A DNA stretch of 64,000 bases from a virus (IMGVR_UViG_3300046171_000208:1-64000), one strand, 5' to 3'; shown: positions 20,913 through 32,309, counted from the stretch's first letter. Numbers and translations: made by a program. Notes: generated by a model from the letters alone, not told the origin.

Positions 20913-21478
20913 TGGCAAAATTAAAAACAAACGGAGTAACAGATACATCTGGTAATCAGTATGGATTTATAAACGGACAAATAATTCAAGTTCGTAATTA
21001 CATGTATACTGATATATACGAAGATACCATAACAAGTGAAAGAGATCTGCCTGGAATTTTGGGTAATGGATTAGCTGGAATTAAAACTCATAGTAATCGG
21101 AATTGGATACAGTTTGAGGCAACGATACACGCTGGTCAAAATGACACTTGGCGAACTCAAGGATATCGTGTATATTGGAGAGTAGGTCAGAGTGGAAGTT
21201 GGAATGCTTTAAATAGTGCAAATTTTACATCAACAACTTATATTGAAGGAAGTAATGGTCATTGTCGTTCAACAAGTACGATTGCACGATTTGATCCAGT
21301 AGCGGGGTCTTCTGCTTCGGTTGGTGATAATGTTTATTTCAAAATATCATTTGAAGGACATGATAATGGAAATGGATTACACATTAATAAAAACTCATCA
21401 CAAAATACCACTGCACAGGAAAACTCATTTTCTGTTGCATCAACAATGACACTTAGTGAATTATGGAGGGATAGTTAA
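20912..21478 (+). CDS. Putative fibre-tip/adhesin protein, paralog 1 of 3
   Basis: ERDLPGILGNG, HAGQNDTWR and GHDNGNGLHIN shared with the next two ORFs; TGATG coupling. Confidence 0.65.
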   Translation: MAKLKTNGVTDTSGNQYGFINGQIIQVRNYMYTDIYEDTITSERDLPGILGNGLAGIKTHSNRNWIQFEATIHAGQNDTWRTQGYRVYWRVGQSGSWNALNSANFTSTTYIEGSNGHCRSTSTIARFDPVAGSSASVGDNVYFKISFEGHDNGNGLHINKNSSQNTTAQENSFSVASTMTLSELWRDS

Positions 21479-22026
21479 TGAGCACGGTAATTGCAAATTC
21501 AGTATTAAGACCTGGTGATGATAAAGTAATACTTCGTAAATCAGGTTGCATTATGCAAAGTCAACAATATGAGTATAGTAGTGTATATGAAAATAGTAAT
21601 TCAAATAATGTTGAAAGTGATATGCCTGGTGTTTTAGGTAATGGTAGTGCAACCATTACACCATATTTTACAAGCAGTAAGATATTATTTACTGGATTGA
21701 TACATTGTGGACATGAATCTACTTGGAGAAGTAATTTCTTCAAAACTTTTTATCGTATAAACAGTGGTAGTTGGACTCAATTTTCTGGTGGTTTTGGTAG
21801 TAATTTATATTCAGGTACAAATTCAATGTCTCAGACAATTAAATGTTCTTACCTCCTAAGTCCATCTTATTCTTCTGGTAACTCAATTGGATTTAAAATT
21901 AGACATATTGGTCACGCAAATGGAGGTACTCTGCATTTAAATCAAATTAATTTAACAAATACGACTGCTGCCAATAATGTGATTAATGCTCACTCTAAGA
22001 TTTATTTACAGGAGGTGGCACAATGA
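21478..22026 (+). CDS. Putative fibre-tip/adhesin protein, paralog 2 of 3
   Basis: ESDMPGVLGNG, HCGHESTWRS, GHANGGTLHLN. Confidence 0.65.
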   Translation: MSTVIANSVLRPGDDKVILRKSGCIMQSQQYEYSSVYENSNSNNVESDMPGVLGNGSATITPYFTSSKILFTGLIHCGHESTWRSNFFKTFYRINSGSWTQFSGGFGSNLYSGTNSMSQTIKCSYLLSPSYSSGNSIGFKIRHIGHANGGTLHLNQINLTNTTAANNVINAHSKIYLQEVAQ

Positions 22027-22652
22027 GTGAAGTTGTAGTATCAAAAATACATTCACAAGCATCTGACCAGTATCTATGTGCTGCAGATGAACCTGGTTCA
22101 ATTCTTCAGGTTAAGATGTTTGAATATACATCTGTTCATGAAGACAATGCTAATAATGAAAAAGAAAGAGATATGCCTGGTATTTTAGGTAATGGAGGGA
22201 TGTTTATAGAATGTGAAGTAGGAAATCGTATCTTGGTTGAATGTAACATGCAATTGGGGCAAGAGTCTACTTGGAGATCAATTTTTATGAGAGTTTATTG
22301 GAATGGTGGTATGAACCGAGCACCAAGTGGACAACAAGTTTCTGGTGGTAATGGTGCAAATACAACATCAATCACCAACAGTGCCCGTCCAGATGATTCA
22401 TTACTATGGGCAGGGGGTAGTGGTCATAATTATACTCAAAATTATAGTGGAATGTTACATACAGCAAATTGGACTGTTCTCACTCCTCCTGTGATAAATA
22501 AAGGTGCAGTTAATTTTAGAATGACTCAAGTTGGACACAACCAAGGAAACACGTTACACCTTAATCAAAATAACACGACTAATTCAGGTGGTGCCAATAA
22601 TGCTATTCAGTGTGCATCAACAGTCATATTAAAGGAGGTTTATTATCCATGA
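22023..22652 (+). CDS. Putative fibre-tip/adhesin protein, paralog 3 of 3
   Basis: ERDMPGILGNG, QLGQESTWRS, GHNQGNTLHLN. Confidence 0.65.
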   Translation: MSEVVVSKIHSQASDQYLCAADEPGSILQVKMFEYTSVHEDNANNEKERDMPGILGNGGMFIECEVGNRILVECNMQLGQESTWRSIFMRVYWNGGMNRAPSGQQVSGGNGANTTSITNSARPDDSLLWAGGSGHNYTQNYSGMLHTANWTVLTPPVINKGAVNFRMTQVGHNQGNTLHLNQNNTTNSGGANNAIQCASTVILKEVYYP

Positions 22653-23014
22653 ACGTATCACAAGCAATACGAAGTCTTATACCAAATGCAAAATTTACAA
22701 TTACGAACGGTGATTATTCTACAATTGAATGGAGTGATAGTCGCACACAACCAACACAAGGTGAAGTAAATACTGAAGTGAGTCGTTTGATCGCTGCAGA
22801 ACCAATGAGACTCTTAAGAGTTGAAAGAGATAAGTTACTTACAGAGACCGATTGGGTTTCTACAAAGTCAATTGATACTGGTGTGGGTATATCAACAGAT
22901 TGGAAAACATACCGACAATCACTAAGAGACTTACCTTCAAGTGCAAGTCCTGTGATCGATTCTTCTATTATGTGTGGTATATCAAGTGTCACTTGGCCAA
23001 CGAAGCCATCATAA
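22649..23014 (+). CDS. Tail fibre assembly chaperone-like protein
   Basis: LRVERDKLLTETDW...WKTYRQSLRDLP...WPTKPS; AAGGAGG upstream of ATG 22649. Confidence 0.8.
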   Translation: MNVSQAIRSLIPNAKFTITNGDYSTIEWSDSRTQPTQGEVNTEVSRLIAAEPMRLLRVERDKLLTETDWVSTKSIDTGVGISTDWKTYRQSLRDLPSSASPVIDSSIMCGISSVTWPTKPS

Positions 23015-23030
23015 ATAGTCAAAAAGTAAT

Positions 23031-25610
23031 ATGGCGATAACCATAAGTGGTGCTAATAATGTAGATAAGATTCTGGCAACGGATGGAGTCTTAGATTCAA
23101 TATCAGGATTTAATGTAGTCGGTGTGATGACTGCAGGAACTTTTGATGTGACTGGAAAAACAACTACTGGTCATCTTAATATTGGAAGTAATATACAGAT
23201 AGGAAACGCAGGTATTATAACTGCAACAACATTAATTGGAAATGTAACAGGTAATATAAATGCTACATCCAATCTTCTTCTTCAGATTGGTGGTAGTGAA
23301 AAATTTAGAGTCGCATCTTCAGGTCAGTTAGGAATTGGTGGTGCAAACTATGGATCTGCAGGTCAGGTATTAACAAGTGGTGGTTCAGGTAGTGCACCGA
23401 CTTGGAGTACGATTGCATCAGATAAAATCACAGAAGGAAATACAGAAGCAGAAGTAGTAGATACAGGATCAGACGGATATTTCAAAGTTACAACTGAAGG
23501 TAGTGAAAGGCTTCGCATCGACTCAAGTGGAGACGTGCTGATCGGCACAACTGATGATGCCATTTACGGTGATAGTTCAGGTGAAGGTATAGTTCTACGT
23601 AGTGGAGAGTGTATTGATATTAATAGGACTGGTGACTCTATGCTGAACTTAAACAGACTGGGTAGTGATGGTCCAATTATGAATTTTCGTCGTGATGGTT
23701 CTGTAAAGGCTGCTCTTGGCACAAGAAGTAATGCGTTCTGTATTGATGTTAATGGTTCAGAAAGACTTCGCATCAGATCAGATGGAAAATTAGGTATAAA
23801 CACAACAACTACCAATGATTCAAGTGAACTGTTATGTCTCATGGGACCAAGTGGTGATAATGCAACCATAGGAATTAAATGTAATAGCACCACTCATGCT
23901 GGAATACTTGGTTTCCATGACACAGCTGGAACTTTTAGAGGAAGAGTACAATATAGTCATAATACCGATCACATGCAGTTTAATACTGCTGGTAGTGAAA
24001 GACTTCGCATCGGATCGAATGGTTTATTAACTGTTAATGCAACCACTTATGATGCTTTAACAATAAACACAACTGAAAATGGAACAAATGGCCCACAAGT
24101 ACAACTCACACACATTTCGGCATCACCTGCTGCTGGTGATTATGTTGGTCAATTAAGATTTAGTGGAAAGGATAGTGCTGGTAATACAGATCTTTATAGT
24201 AGAATTAGCACAGTCATAGATGATCCTACAAGTGGTCAGGAAACTGCACATTTACAATTTTCTACAAGAGGTGCAGCAGCATTTAATCCTATACTGCGTC
24301 TGAAAAACAGAGGTACTGCAAGTGCTCCAAGTTATACCACAGATGATATTAATGGTATCATTCTTGATGTTTATAATACAGGAAATCCATATCCAAGATA
24401 TATGAATTTCATTGCTAAAAGTGCTGGAAACACTGATAGTAATATTGGATTCTGGACTGAAGCAGTTGGTGGTTCTCCAACAGAAAAACTTCGTATCGCA
24501 TCAGACGGTTTTATAGGTATCGGTGAAGATGATCCACAGACAAAACTTGATGTCAGGGGAACTATTTCCACTGGAAGAAACGTTGCGAGAGAGTTAGGTA
24601 CAATCATTAATATAAGTGCAAACTATGATGGTTCAAGAGTTGGTGGTAATGTAATAAATGGTAATAAAAATTATGAGGCTGGTGCTGATTGGCTTGTTAA
24701 TTTTCCTGCTAATGCTAACCTCACCATTGATTTAGGATCATCAATACAATGTGATAGATTTGTAATATACAACCAGAATGAATATCAAGATTCAAAAAGA
24801 GAAGTTAAAAACTTTACTCTTGAGGGTTCTAATGATAATTCATCTTGGACAACTGTTCTTGATGATAATTGTGGAGCATCAGGTGCTCATGAACCAAATC
24901 CAGGTTTTAGTTTTAGAATGCCAGCAAGTTACTACGATGATGACGAAGGTGTAACTTATCGTTACTGGAAATTTACTATGAAGACTTTCCACGGAAGTGA
25001 TGGTTATGGTGGAGTCATGGAATTGGAATTGTATGCACATTCTACAACCATTCATGGAACGAGTGAAATAATTACTAGTTCTTTGGTTGCTGGAGACACT
25101 TCTGCTGAAACACTTCAAGGTATCAAACGTTTATATGCCTCGAAGGGAATGAACATTTACACTTCTGGAATTAGTGATACTTGGGAAATTACAGAGACAG
25201 GACAAACCACAAATGGTAGTTACATAGATAAAAGCACGATAAGACATAAGAGAGGTGTGATGGCAGTATCATCCTCCTATAATTCTGGAGACTTATTCAT
25301 CAGAATTGATAATCTATATCCTTTATCAGGTAATGCTTGGTGGGTTTGTGGATTAACTATATTGTCAAATGAAATTCAAGGAGGTCAGGGAGGTGCACAC
25401 CATTATGTGACCAGTCTTCAACTTATGGGTTTGGGTACTTGGAATAGTGTTAGCACACAAAATATCGTGGGTAGCATGAGTGTATCGGTCAATCAAAGTG
25501 GATCTAATTATGTTGAATTATTTGTTAACGTCAATGACAGTTCAAGAGGACCTTGTACTGTTATATGTAACGGTGGTACTTTTGATCCACCTCGTATTTC
25601 TTTCCATTAA
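23031..25610 (+). CDS. Modular tail fibre with discoidin (F5/8 type C)-like carbohydrate-binding domain
   Basis: Four E(R/K)LRI modules; LTIDLGS...FTLEGSNDNSSWTTV...YRYWKF...MELELY. Confidence 0.8.
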   Translation: MAITISGANNVDKILATDGVLDSISGFNVVGVMTAGTFDVTGKTTTGHLNIGSNIQIGNAGIITATTLIGNVTGNINATSNLLLQIGGSEKFRVASSGQLGIGGANYGSAGQVLTSGGSGSAPTWSTIASDKITEGNTEAEVVDTGSDGYFKVTTEGSERLRIDSSGDVLIGTTDDAIYGDSSGEGIVLRSGECIDINRTGDSMLNLNRLGSDGPIMNFRRDGSVKAALGTRSNAFCIDVNGSERLRIRSDGKLGINTTTTNDSSELLCLMGPSGDNATIGIKCNSTTHAGILGFHDTAGTFRGRVQYSHNTDHMQFNTAGSERLRIGSNGLLTVNATTYDALTINTTENGTNGPQVQLTHISASPAAGDYVGQLRFSGKDSAGNTDLYSRISTVIDDPTSGQETAHLQFSTRGAAAFNPILRLKNRGTASAPSYTTDDINGIILDVYNTGNPYPRYMNFIAKSAGNTDSNIGFWTEAVGGSPTEKLRIASDGFIGIGEDDPQTKLDVRGTISTGRNVARELGTIINISANYDGSRVGGNVINGNKNYEAGADWLVNFPANANLTIDLGSSIQCDRFVIYNQNEYQDSKREVKNFTLEGSNDNSSWTTVLDDNCGASGAHEPNPGFSFRMPASYYDDDEGVTYRYWKFTMKTFHGSDGYGGVMELELYAHSTTIHGTSEIITSSLVAGDTSAETLQGIKRLYASKGMNIYTSGISDTWEITETGQTTNGSYIDKSTIRHKRGVMAVSSSYNSGDLFIRIDNLYPLSGNAWWVCGLTILSNEIQGGQGGAHHYVTSLQLMGLGTWNSVSTQNIVGSMSVSVNQSGSNYVELFVNVNDSSRGPCTVICNGGTFDPPRISFH

Positions 25611-25615
25611 TAATT

Positions 25616-25954
25616 ATGGCATTTACAACAAGTTGGTCAGTAACTGACCTTGGCAACAAAAAATATGGAGACATCACAAATATAGTGACTGTTGGTGTAA
25701 AGTGCACTGTAGCAGAAGATTCTTACAAAGGTGAGTGGACATCAAGTTTTAAGATTGGAACTGCTGATACGACTGCAGCAGGTTATATTGGATTTACATC
25801 AATCACAGAAGCAAATTGTTTAGAGTGGGTAAAGGTTGCAATGGGTAGCACTACAATGAGTGATGCTCAAGCATATGGTAAACTGATGATTGAAAATCAA
25901 AAATCAAATAGTAGTAATGTTGGGGTGGTTACTAATACTATTCCTTGGTCATAA
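25616..25954 (+). CDS. Small fibre-associated hypothetical protein
   Basis: 112-aa ORF (SWSVTDL...ITEANCLEWVK...IPWS) directly after a fibre gene. Confidence 0.65.
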   Translation: MAFTTSWSVTDLGNKKYGDITNIVTVGVKCTVAEDSYKGEWTSSFKIGTADTTAAGYIGFTSITEANCLEWVKVAMGSTTMSDAQAYGKLMIENQKSNSSNVGVVTNTIPWS

Positions 25955-25972
25955 ATAACTAAAAAAATATAA

Positions 25973-28900
25973 ATGGTATTAAGTAGACTCACAAAGATAA
26001 CTGGACCTGGTGTTGCGACAGACACCAACTGGGTGGGTAATAATGCCGATTTTACTGGTATCACTACCACTGCTACATCATTTAACATTGGTGTAACAAC
26101 AATTCATTCTAATCTAATTGAAGCTCATAATATCAAATCTACAGGTATTATAACTGCAACTGGTGGATCTTTTTCAGGAAATGTTACTGCAGTTGATGGA
26201 ACTTTTACAGGTAATGTTTCAATCGCAGGTACATTAACATACGAAGACGTAACTAATATAGATTCAGTTGGTATAATTACTGCACCAGCACTCGATGTTG
26301 ATGACTTTTTAGATGTAGGAAGTAGTATAAAATTAGGTAATGCAGGTGTCATAACTGCAACAAGTTTTGTAGGTAGCGGTGCTGCCTTAACTGGTATTGA
26401 TGCAACTTCAATTAAAGACTCTGGTGGTAATGTAAAGATACAAGCACAGGCATCTGGTGCAATTCATTCTGGTGTTTCAACTTTTCAGGATATAGATGTA
26501 GATGGTCATACAAATTTAGATAATGTAAGCATAGCTGGTTTATCAACTCATAGTGAAGGGATATTTTTACCTGATAATAAGAAATTAGAATTTGGAAATA
26601 TTAGTGGAAATCCAGATTTTAGCATATATTCTAGTCCTACGTATGAACAGGGTATTATAGATTATAAACGTTCTGGAACTGGTAGAGTATTAAGAATCAG
26701 ATCCACGAATACTCAAATTGAAAACTGGAATGGTCTTGCTCCTATCGCAAAATTTGTTGGTGGAGTTGGAGTTGGTCACGTTGAGTTGAACTATGCGGGA
26801 GATAAAAAATTTGAGACTACTACTAAAGGCATCCAAGTTGGAACTGGTGTCACAATTGAAACAAACGGACAGGCAACATTCACAGGTATTGTAACTGCTT
26901 CTACTTACTATGGAGATGGAAGTAATTTAAGTAATATTACATCAACAACAATAAACAATAATGCAGATAATAGAGTAATAACTGGTTCAGGAACTGCGAA
27001 TACTTTAAATGGTGAAGCAAGTTTAACCTTTAATGGAACTGACTTGATAATGAATACTTCTGGTGGAAGAATATTTTCAACAAGAACAACTGGTGAAGCA
27101 GCATTATTATTAGGTTCAAGTAATGCTGGTGGTGCAAGATTGTACTTGGATGGTGACTCAAATGGCGATTGGTCTGGTAATGATTATGCATATATTCATC
27201 ACGATTCATCTGGCGATTTAAACATAGTTGGAGATAATCCAGCAAACGCATCAAATATTATATTTAAAACAAATACTACTACTGAAAGATTTCGCATCAC
27301 ATCAGATGGTCAAGTTCGCATCGGAAATCCAAATAATTTAGCTGCTTGGGGACAAAATAATAGATTACAAGTAGCAGGAACTGATTGGAGTACTTCTGGT
27401 GTGACCATAGCAAAAATGGCAAATGCTGGATCAGTTCCAAACTTAGTGTTTGGTGCAAGTAGAGGAACAACTCCAGGTACAGTAATCCAAAATGGTGATC
27501 GTTTAGGATATATTAGTTTTACTGGAGATGATGGAACTGATATGCACACAGTTGGTGCTGCAATAGTATCAGGAACAGATGCAGCCTCATCTTCTAACAA
27601 TATACCTGGAACTCTGCAATTCTATACAGCATCTGGTGGTAGCAATACAGAAAGACTTCGCATCACATCAGCTGGTCAATTGGTGATGGGAGCTACTACT
27701 TCAAAGGCAAAGTTTGAAATTAAAGATAATGGTTATTCATCATCTACTGTACTACAAAGAATATCAGGAGATGATGCTAACCCTTACGCACTTATTATTG
27801 CAAATGATACTTGCAATACTGCTGCTGCGTCAGGTTTACAGTTTTTTGTAAGTGACACTGGTGAACATTATGTAAGGGCAAGAGGAAGTTCAACTGCTGG
27901 TAACAATAATTTACGCTTAGTTGCTCAAAATAATGTTTTATTATATTCTGGATCAAGTGAAACTGAAAGACTTCGCATCACATCAAGTGGAAGGTTTGGT
28001 CTTAATCGATCAGCACCACATTATGCAATGCATTTGAGTCCTGCTGATGGTGAGACTCGTATTGATTTACATATGACCAATGATACTACTGGTCATAATT
28101 CTGGAGATGGTGTTCAGTTTGGTTATCAAAATACTGCTGGTGCGTATATCTGGAACTTTGAAAATACTCCTATTTACATGGCAACAAATAATGTTAAAAA
28201 ATTTGAAATTCATGCAACTGGAAGCACTCAAATATACAAGGGTGATTTATTACTTGGACCAGATAGTGTAAGTCAGATGGAAGCCACAATTAGAGCGTGG
28301 GGATGTTCATTATGGTATACTACCATTGATAGTAACTACTACCATGATAGTGGTGGAGAGTTTAGACAGTTTTATAATAAAGGATCATATAGAGGTGATA
28401 ATTACTTAACTGCTTTTAATTGTCCAATTCAATCAGGTGTCGGACCACAGAATCGAAATTTTTGGAGAGGTGCTCAATCTGATACAAGAGCAGAAGGAAG
28501 TTTAAATCTTAATGTTGGTTATAGAGGTGCTTGGTTCGCCATAAGTAGGACAGCACCAAATTACACAGGAAGTTCGTATATTTTTGATGGTAATAGTGGC
28601 GGTAGAGTCTCTATAAGTTTCGACGGATTTGGTAACAACATGGATTCAACAGAATTAAGTTTTCATGCGGGAAGCTCACCTGGACTTAATTCAGGTGATA
28701 GTACTGTAGGTGGTAGATTAGGAAATGCATCCAATGATACCACTTTAAAAATGTATGCAGTCGGTGTAAATATGGAAAATTATAATGCACCTAATAGTAA
28801 GAGAGCAGGAAATCATTTAGGTATATCTGTAATAAATGAAGATGGTACTGATTATACAGCAACTACTGCAAGTCGTTTATCAGAAAATTTAATTAATAAT

Positions 28901-29083
28901 GGTGTTGGTGGTGGCACTAATACTACTAGTGAATTTAACTGGGGAAATCGACACTCCAATGATAGGACTGCTTCTAGTGGTTTGCAATTCTCACAGATAC
29001 TATACTTCGATGATATTCAATTGAATAGTGCACAATGGGATTATCTTGAGCATTATTTCAAAGTAATGTATGGTAACGGATAA
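25973..29083 (+). CDS. Modular tail fibre protein (1036 aa)
   Basis: TYEDV, GNAGVITATSF, DIDVDGHTNLDN, INNNADNR and three ER(L/F)RITS modules; unique C-terminal domain. Confidence 0.8.
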   Translation: MVLSRLTKITGPGVATDTNWVGNNADFTGITTTATSFNIGVTTIHSNLIEAHNIKSTGIITATGGSFSGNVTAVDGTFTGNVSIAGTLTYEDVTNIDSVGIITAPALDVDDFLDVGSSIKLGNAGVITATSFVGSGAALTGIDATSIKDSGGNVKIQAQASGAIHSGVSTFQDIDVDGHTNLDNVSIAGLSTHSEGIFLPDNKKLEFGNISGNPDFSIYSSPTYEQGIIDYKRSGTGRVLRIRSTNTQIENWNGLAPIAKFVGGVGVGHVELNYAGDKKFETTTKGIQVGTGVTIETNGQATFTGIVTASTYYGDGSNLSNITSTTINNNADNRVITGSGTANTLNGEASLTFNGTDLIMNTSGGRIFSTRTTGEAALLLGSSNAGGARLYLDGDSNGDWSGNDYAYIHHDSSGDLNIVGDNPANASNIIFKTNTTTERFRITSDGQVRIGNPNNLAAWGQNNRLQVAGTDWSTSGVTIAKMANAGSVPNLVFGASRGTTPGTVIQNGDRLGYISFTGDDGTDMHTVGAAIVSGTDAASSSNNIPGTLQFYTASGGSNTERLRITSAGQLVMGATTSKAKFEIKDNGYSSSTVLQRISGDDANPYALIIANDTCNTAAASGLQFFVSDTGEHYVRARGSSTAGNNNLRLVAQNNVLLYSGSSETERLRITSSGRFGLNRSAPHYAMHLSPADGETRIDLHMTNDTTGHNSGDGVQFGYQNTAGAYIWNFENTPIYMATNNVKKFEIHATGSTQIYKGDLLLGPDSVSQMEATIRAWGCSLWYTTIDSNYYHDSGGEFRQFYNKGSYRGDNYLTAFNCPIQSGVGPQNRNFWRGAQSDTRAEGSLNLNVGYRGAWFAISRTAPNYTGSSYIFDGNSGGRVSISFDGFGNNMDSTELSFHAGSSPGLNSGDSTVGGRLGNASNDTTLKMYAVGVNMENYNAPNSKRAGNHLGISVINEDGTDYTATTASRLSENLINNGVGGGTNTTSEFNWGNRHSNDRTASSGLQFSQILYFDDIQLNSAQWDYLEHYFKVMYGNG

Positions 29084-29100
29084 ATAACTAAAAAGCAATA

Positions 29101-30000
29101 ATGGCATTCACCAGGATACTTGGTCCAGGTATTCATACCGCATCCAATATAAACAGTCACAATATAAATTCGACAGGTATTATCACTGCGACTGCTTTTG
29201 TTGGAAACTTAACTGGAAATGTAACTGGTGGTGCTAGTAGTATTACAGGTAGTCCATCTGTATCTTTAGGAAATGTAAATGCAGGGATTGCTACATTTAC
29301 AGGAGCACTAACAGGAACCACTGCAAACTTTAGTGGTAATGTAAGTGTTGGTGGAGTCTTAACATATGAAGATGTCAAGAACGTAGATTCTCTTGGTATC
29401 ATTACAGCAAGGTCAGGTGTAGATGTAGATGACTTTTTAGATGTAGGAAGTAATATAAAGTTAGGAAACTCTGGTGTTATCACTGCCACAACATTTAAAG
29501 GTGATGGTGACTTTGTAGAGTTAGATGTAGATGGTCATACTAATCTTGATAATGTAAGTATTGCTGGAGTTGCAACAGCAACATTATTCAGTGGTGCTTC
29601 ACAAATAGGTATTCAATCTGCAGGTACTCAAATTGGTGCTGGTATTACTCAACTTAATTTTGTAGGAACAGGTAATACATTTGCAGTCAATGGAACCACA
29701 GTAGATATTAGTATTGCAGGTGGTGGTGGAGGAACTGGTGCTGGTGGAACTTGGAGTACATACACTGCTGGTATTGCAACCACTAAATCAGTTGGAGTTA
29801 ACACATCAAATCTTGATGATACTGATCTAACTGGTATTGGTAATTCATTCAAAGGATTATACATAAGCAATGGAATGATTGTTCATGATAATGTGTTGAA
29901 TGGCAATCATTATATTGGCACATCAATGAATGGTTTAATGGCAGGTCCAGTAACTATTGATGGTAATCTTGAAATTGACGGTAATTATGTCGTCGTATAA
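29101..30000 (+). CDS. Short modular fibre/adaptor protein with C-terminal NGLMAGPVTI...YVVV domain
   Basis: TYEDV and LDVDGHTNLDN modules; N-terminus resembles that of 18615 (MA.TRI...HNINSTGI). Confidence 0.75.
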   Translation: MAFTRILGPGIHTASNINSHNINSTGIITATAFVGNLTGNVTGGASSITGSPSVSLGNVNAGIATFTGALTGTTANFSGNVSVGGVLTYEDVKNVDSLGIITARSGVDVDDFLDVGSNIKLGNSGVITATTFKGDGDFVELDVDGHTNLDNVSIAGVATATLFSGASQIGIQSAGTQIGAGITQLNFVGTGNTFAVNGTTVDISIAGGGGGTGAGGTWSTYTAGIATTKSVGVNTSNLDDTDLTGIGNSFKGLYISNGMIVHDNVLNGNHYIGTSMNGLMAGPVTIDGNLEIDGNYVVV

Positions 30001-30019
30001 TAAATAAAAATAAAATCAT

Positions 30020-32293
30020 ATGTCAGCGATAAGTCAAAAAAGTATATCTGGTATCACGAGTATCACATCCCCTGCAGGTACTGATGATCAAATTTCGCTG
30101 CATACAAGTAATACAAACGAAGCATTAAAGATAGATGGTGCTGGTAATATTCATATTCATAACCACGTTAGTACAACTGGTATATCTTCAGCATCTAATT
30201 TTAAAACAGGTACATCTGACTTACACTCAGCTGGTCTTAATGTAGCATATGCTGATGTAGATGATTTTGTAGATGTAGGTAGTAATATAAAATTAGGAAA
30301 TGCAGGTGTCATAACTGCAACCTCATTCGTAGGAGATGGTTCTGACTTAACAAATCTACCTGCTGGATTAGGAACAGCATTAAGTGCGACTGCAACAAGT
30401 CCTCTTAATAAAATGTACTACACCAATCAAGTTCTTGGTGTTCCTTCTTCTATAACAGTTGATGTTCCAGCATCTGCATCAAAAGCATATACACAGTATG
30501 CAGATATTAAAGTTGAGAGTAGTGCTGATTTAATCGTTGCTGAAGGAGATGATTTAATACCTGATGTTTTAGGACTAGCAGACTTTGGAACCTTTGGTGG
30601 TGGTGCAAGTGCTGGTAGAATCAGAGTCAATTCAATATCAAATGCTGCGAATGATGGATCACCCACAGTTCAAAAAGGATTAGTTGTCACTGGAGTTACA
30701 ACTTCAACATCATTCAGTGGAAGTGGTGCAAACTTAACAAGTTTACCTGCTGGTCAACTTACTGGCACAGTTGCTGATGCTAGAATATCTACATTAACTG
30801 CATCAAAACTTTCAGGTGCTTTACCTGCAATTAGTGGTGCAAACTTAACTTCATTGCCATCACAGTTAACATTATCTAACAATGCCGACAACAGAGTAAT
30901 TACTGGTGGTAGTGGTGTTAATTTAAATGGTGAATCTACTCTTACATTTAATGGAACACAACTTCATGTAAATGCAGGTGCTGGTTCTAATGTACAAGTT
31001 GATGGAACTGGAAGTTATGGGCAGTTTGCTGGTGTAAAAGTATGGATGGGTTTAAATAGTCTTGCTCATAATACTGCTGTTGGAAATGGTGCATTAGGTA
31101 GTGCGACTGGTGGTGATGACTGCACCGCTATTGGCCATAATGCATATCAGAACGGAACTTCTGGAACAGACAATACAGCTATTGGTTCACATTGTATGGT
31201 CGGAACCGTTACAGGAAGTAGAAATGCTGGATTGGGCCATGGTGCATTAAATAAACTAACTTCTGGATATGACAATACTGGGTTGGGAAGACTTGCTGGA
31301 CTTGAGATGCTAGGTGGATATCAGAATACATATATGGGCTCTTCTGCAGGTGAAAAAACAATCGGAGCAAATAATAATACATTTTTAGGCTTTAAAGCAG
31401 GTATTGATATTACTAATTCTGGAAATCAGAATGTAGCAGTGGGATCTTATGCCTTTAATAAACAAACTGAAACAAGTTTTAATGTAGCAGTGGGTGCCTA
31501 TTCACAAGCTTATAGTAGTGGAGTGGGTGCTGGAAATAATGTTTCTGTTGGTCATGAGGCTCTTAGAGGTGCGAGTAATGCCTCTCCTCTAACAGGAGGT
31601 AGAAATGTTGCAATCGGTAGGGGATGTATGGAGGATTGCCGAAGTGGATATAGAAATACTGCGATTGGCTGGGAGTCATTAAGAAATATAAACACTGGAT
31701 ATGAAAATGTCTGCTTGGGATATGAAGCTGGACGCACAATTAGTACGGGAAATGAGAATATTCTGATTGGAGCTTCAGCAGCACCCTCTTCTACTAGTGT
31801 AAGTAGAGAGATGTTCATAGGTAATGCTACCTCTGGAAATGGTGCTAATACTTTTTATGTTCACTCAACAAGCGGAGCATATAACGGAACTAATAACGCA
31901 AACTGGAACCAAACATCTGATCAAAGAATTAAAAAAAATATAACAAATTATGATGTTGGTTTATCAATCATTAACCAGTTACAGGTAAGAAACTTTGAAT
32001 ATAAAACCAAAGATGAAATTAAGTCTGCAAATCCAGAATTGACTGACGCACTCCAAAGTATGGAAAATGTGTTAGACATTTCAGGTGTGCAGAAAGGATT
32101 AATCGCACAGGAAGCTGAGGCAGTCTCATCTGCTTTCGTGACTACACCATCCACAGGAGTTAAAGCGTTAGTTCCTGATGAAATATTTTGGCATATGCTT
32201 AACTCAATTAAAGAACTGTCAGCAAAGAATGATGCTTTGGAGGCAAGAATTCAAACTCTTGAAACAAAGGTCGCTGCCCTTGAGGGTTCATAA
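30020..32293 (+). CDS. Tail fibre with YadA-head-like NTAxG repeats and S74 intramolecular chaperone
   Basis: Many ~14-aa N(T/V)AxGxxA repeats; TSDQRIKKNI...GLIAQE...coiled coil. Confidence 0.82.
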   Translation: MSAISQKSISGITSITSPAGTDDQISLHTSNTNEALKIDGAGNIHIHNHVSTTGISSASNFKTGTSDLHSAGLNVAYADVDDFVDVGSNIKLGNAGVITATSFVGDGSDLTNLPAGLGTALSATATSPLNKMYYTNQVLGVPSSITVDVPASASKAYTQYADIKVESSADLIVAEGDDLIPDVLGLADFGTFGGGASAGRIRVNSISNAANDGSPTVQKGLVVTGVTTSTSFSGSGANLTSLPAGQLTGTVADARISTLTASKLSGALPAISGANLTSLPSQLTLSNNADNRVITGGSGVNLNGESTLTFNGTQLHVNAGAGSNVQVDGTGSYGQFAGVKVWMGLNSLAHNTAVGNGALGSATGGDDCTAIGHNAYQNGTSGTDNTAIGSHCMVGTVTGSRNAGLGHGALNKLTSGYDNTGLGRLAGLEMLGGYQNTYMGSSAGEKTIGANNNTFLGFKAGIDITNSGNQNVAVGSYAFNKQTETSFNVAVGAYSQAYSSGVGAGNNVSVGHEALRGASNASPLTGGRNVAIGRGCMEDCRSGYRNTAIGWESLRNINTGYENVCLGYEAGRTISTGNENILIGASAAPSSTSVSREMFIGNATSGNGANTFYVHSTSGAYNGTNNANWNQTSDQRIKKNITNYDVGLSIINQLQVRNFEYKTKDEIKSANPELTDALQSMENVLDISGVQKGLIAQEAEAVSSAFVTTPSTGVKALVPDEIFWHMLNSIKELSAKNDALEARIQTLETKVAALEGS

Positions 32294-32309
32294 ATAATCA
32301 AAAAGTAAT

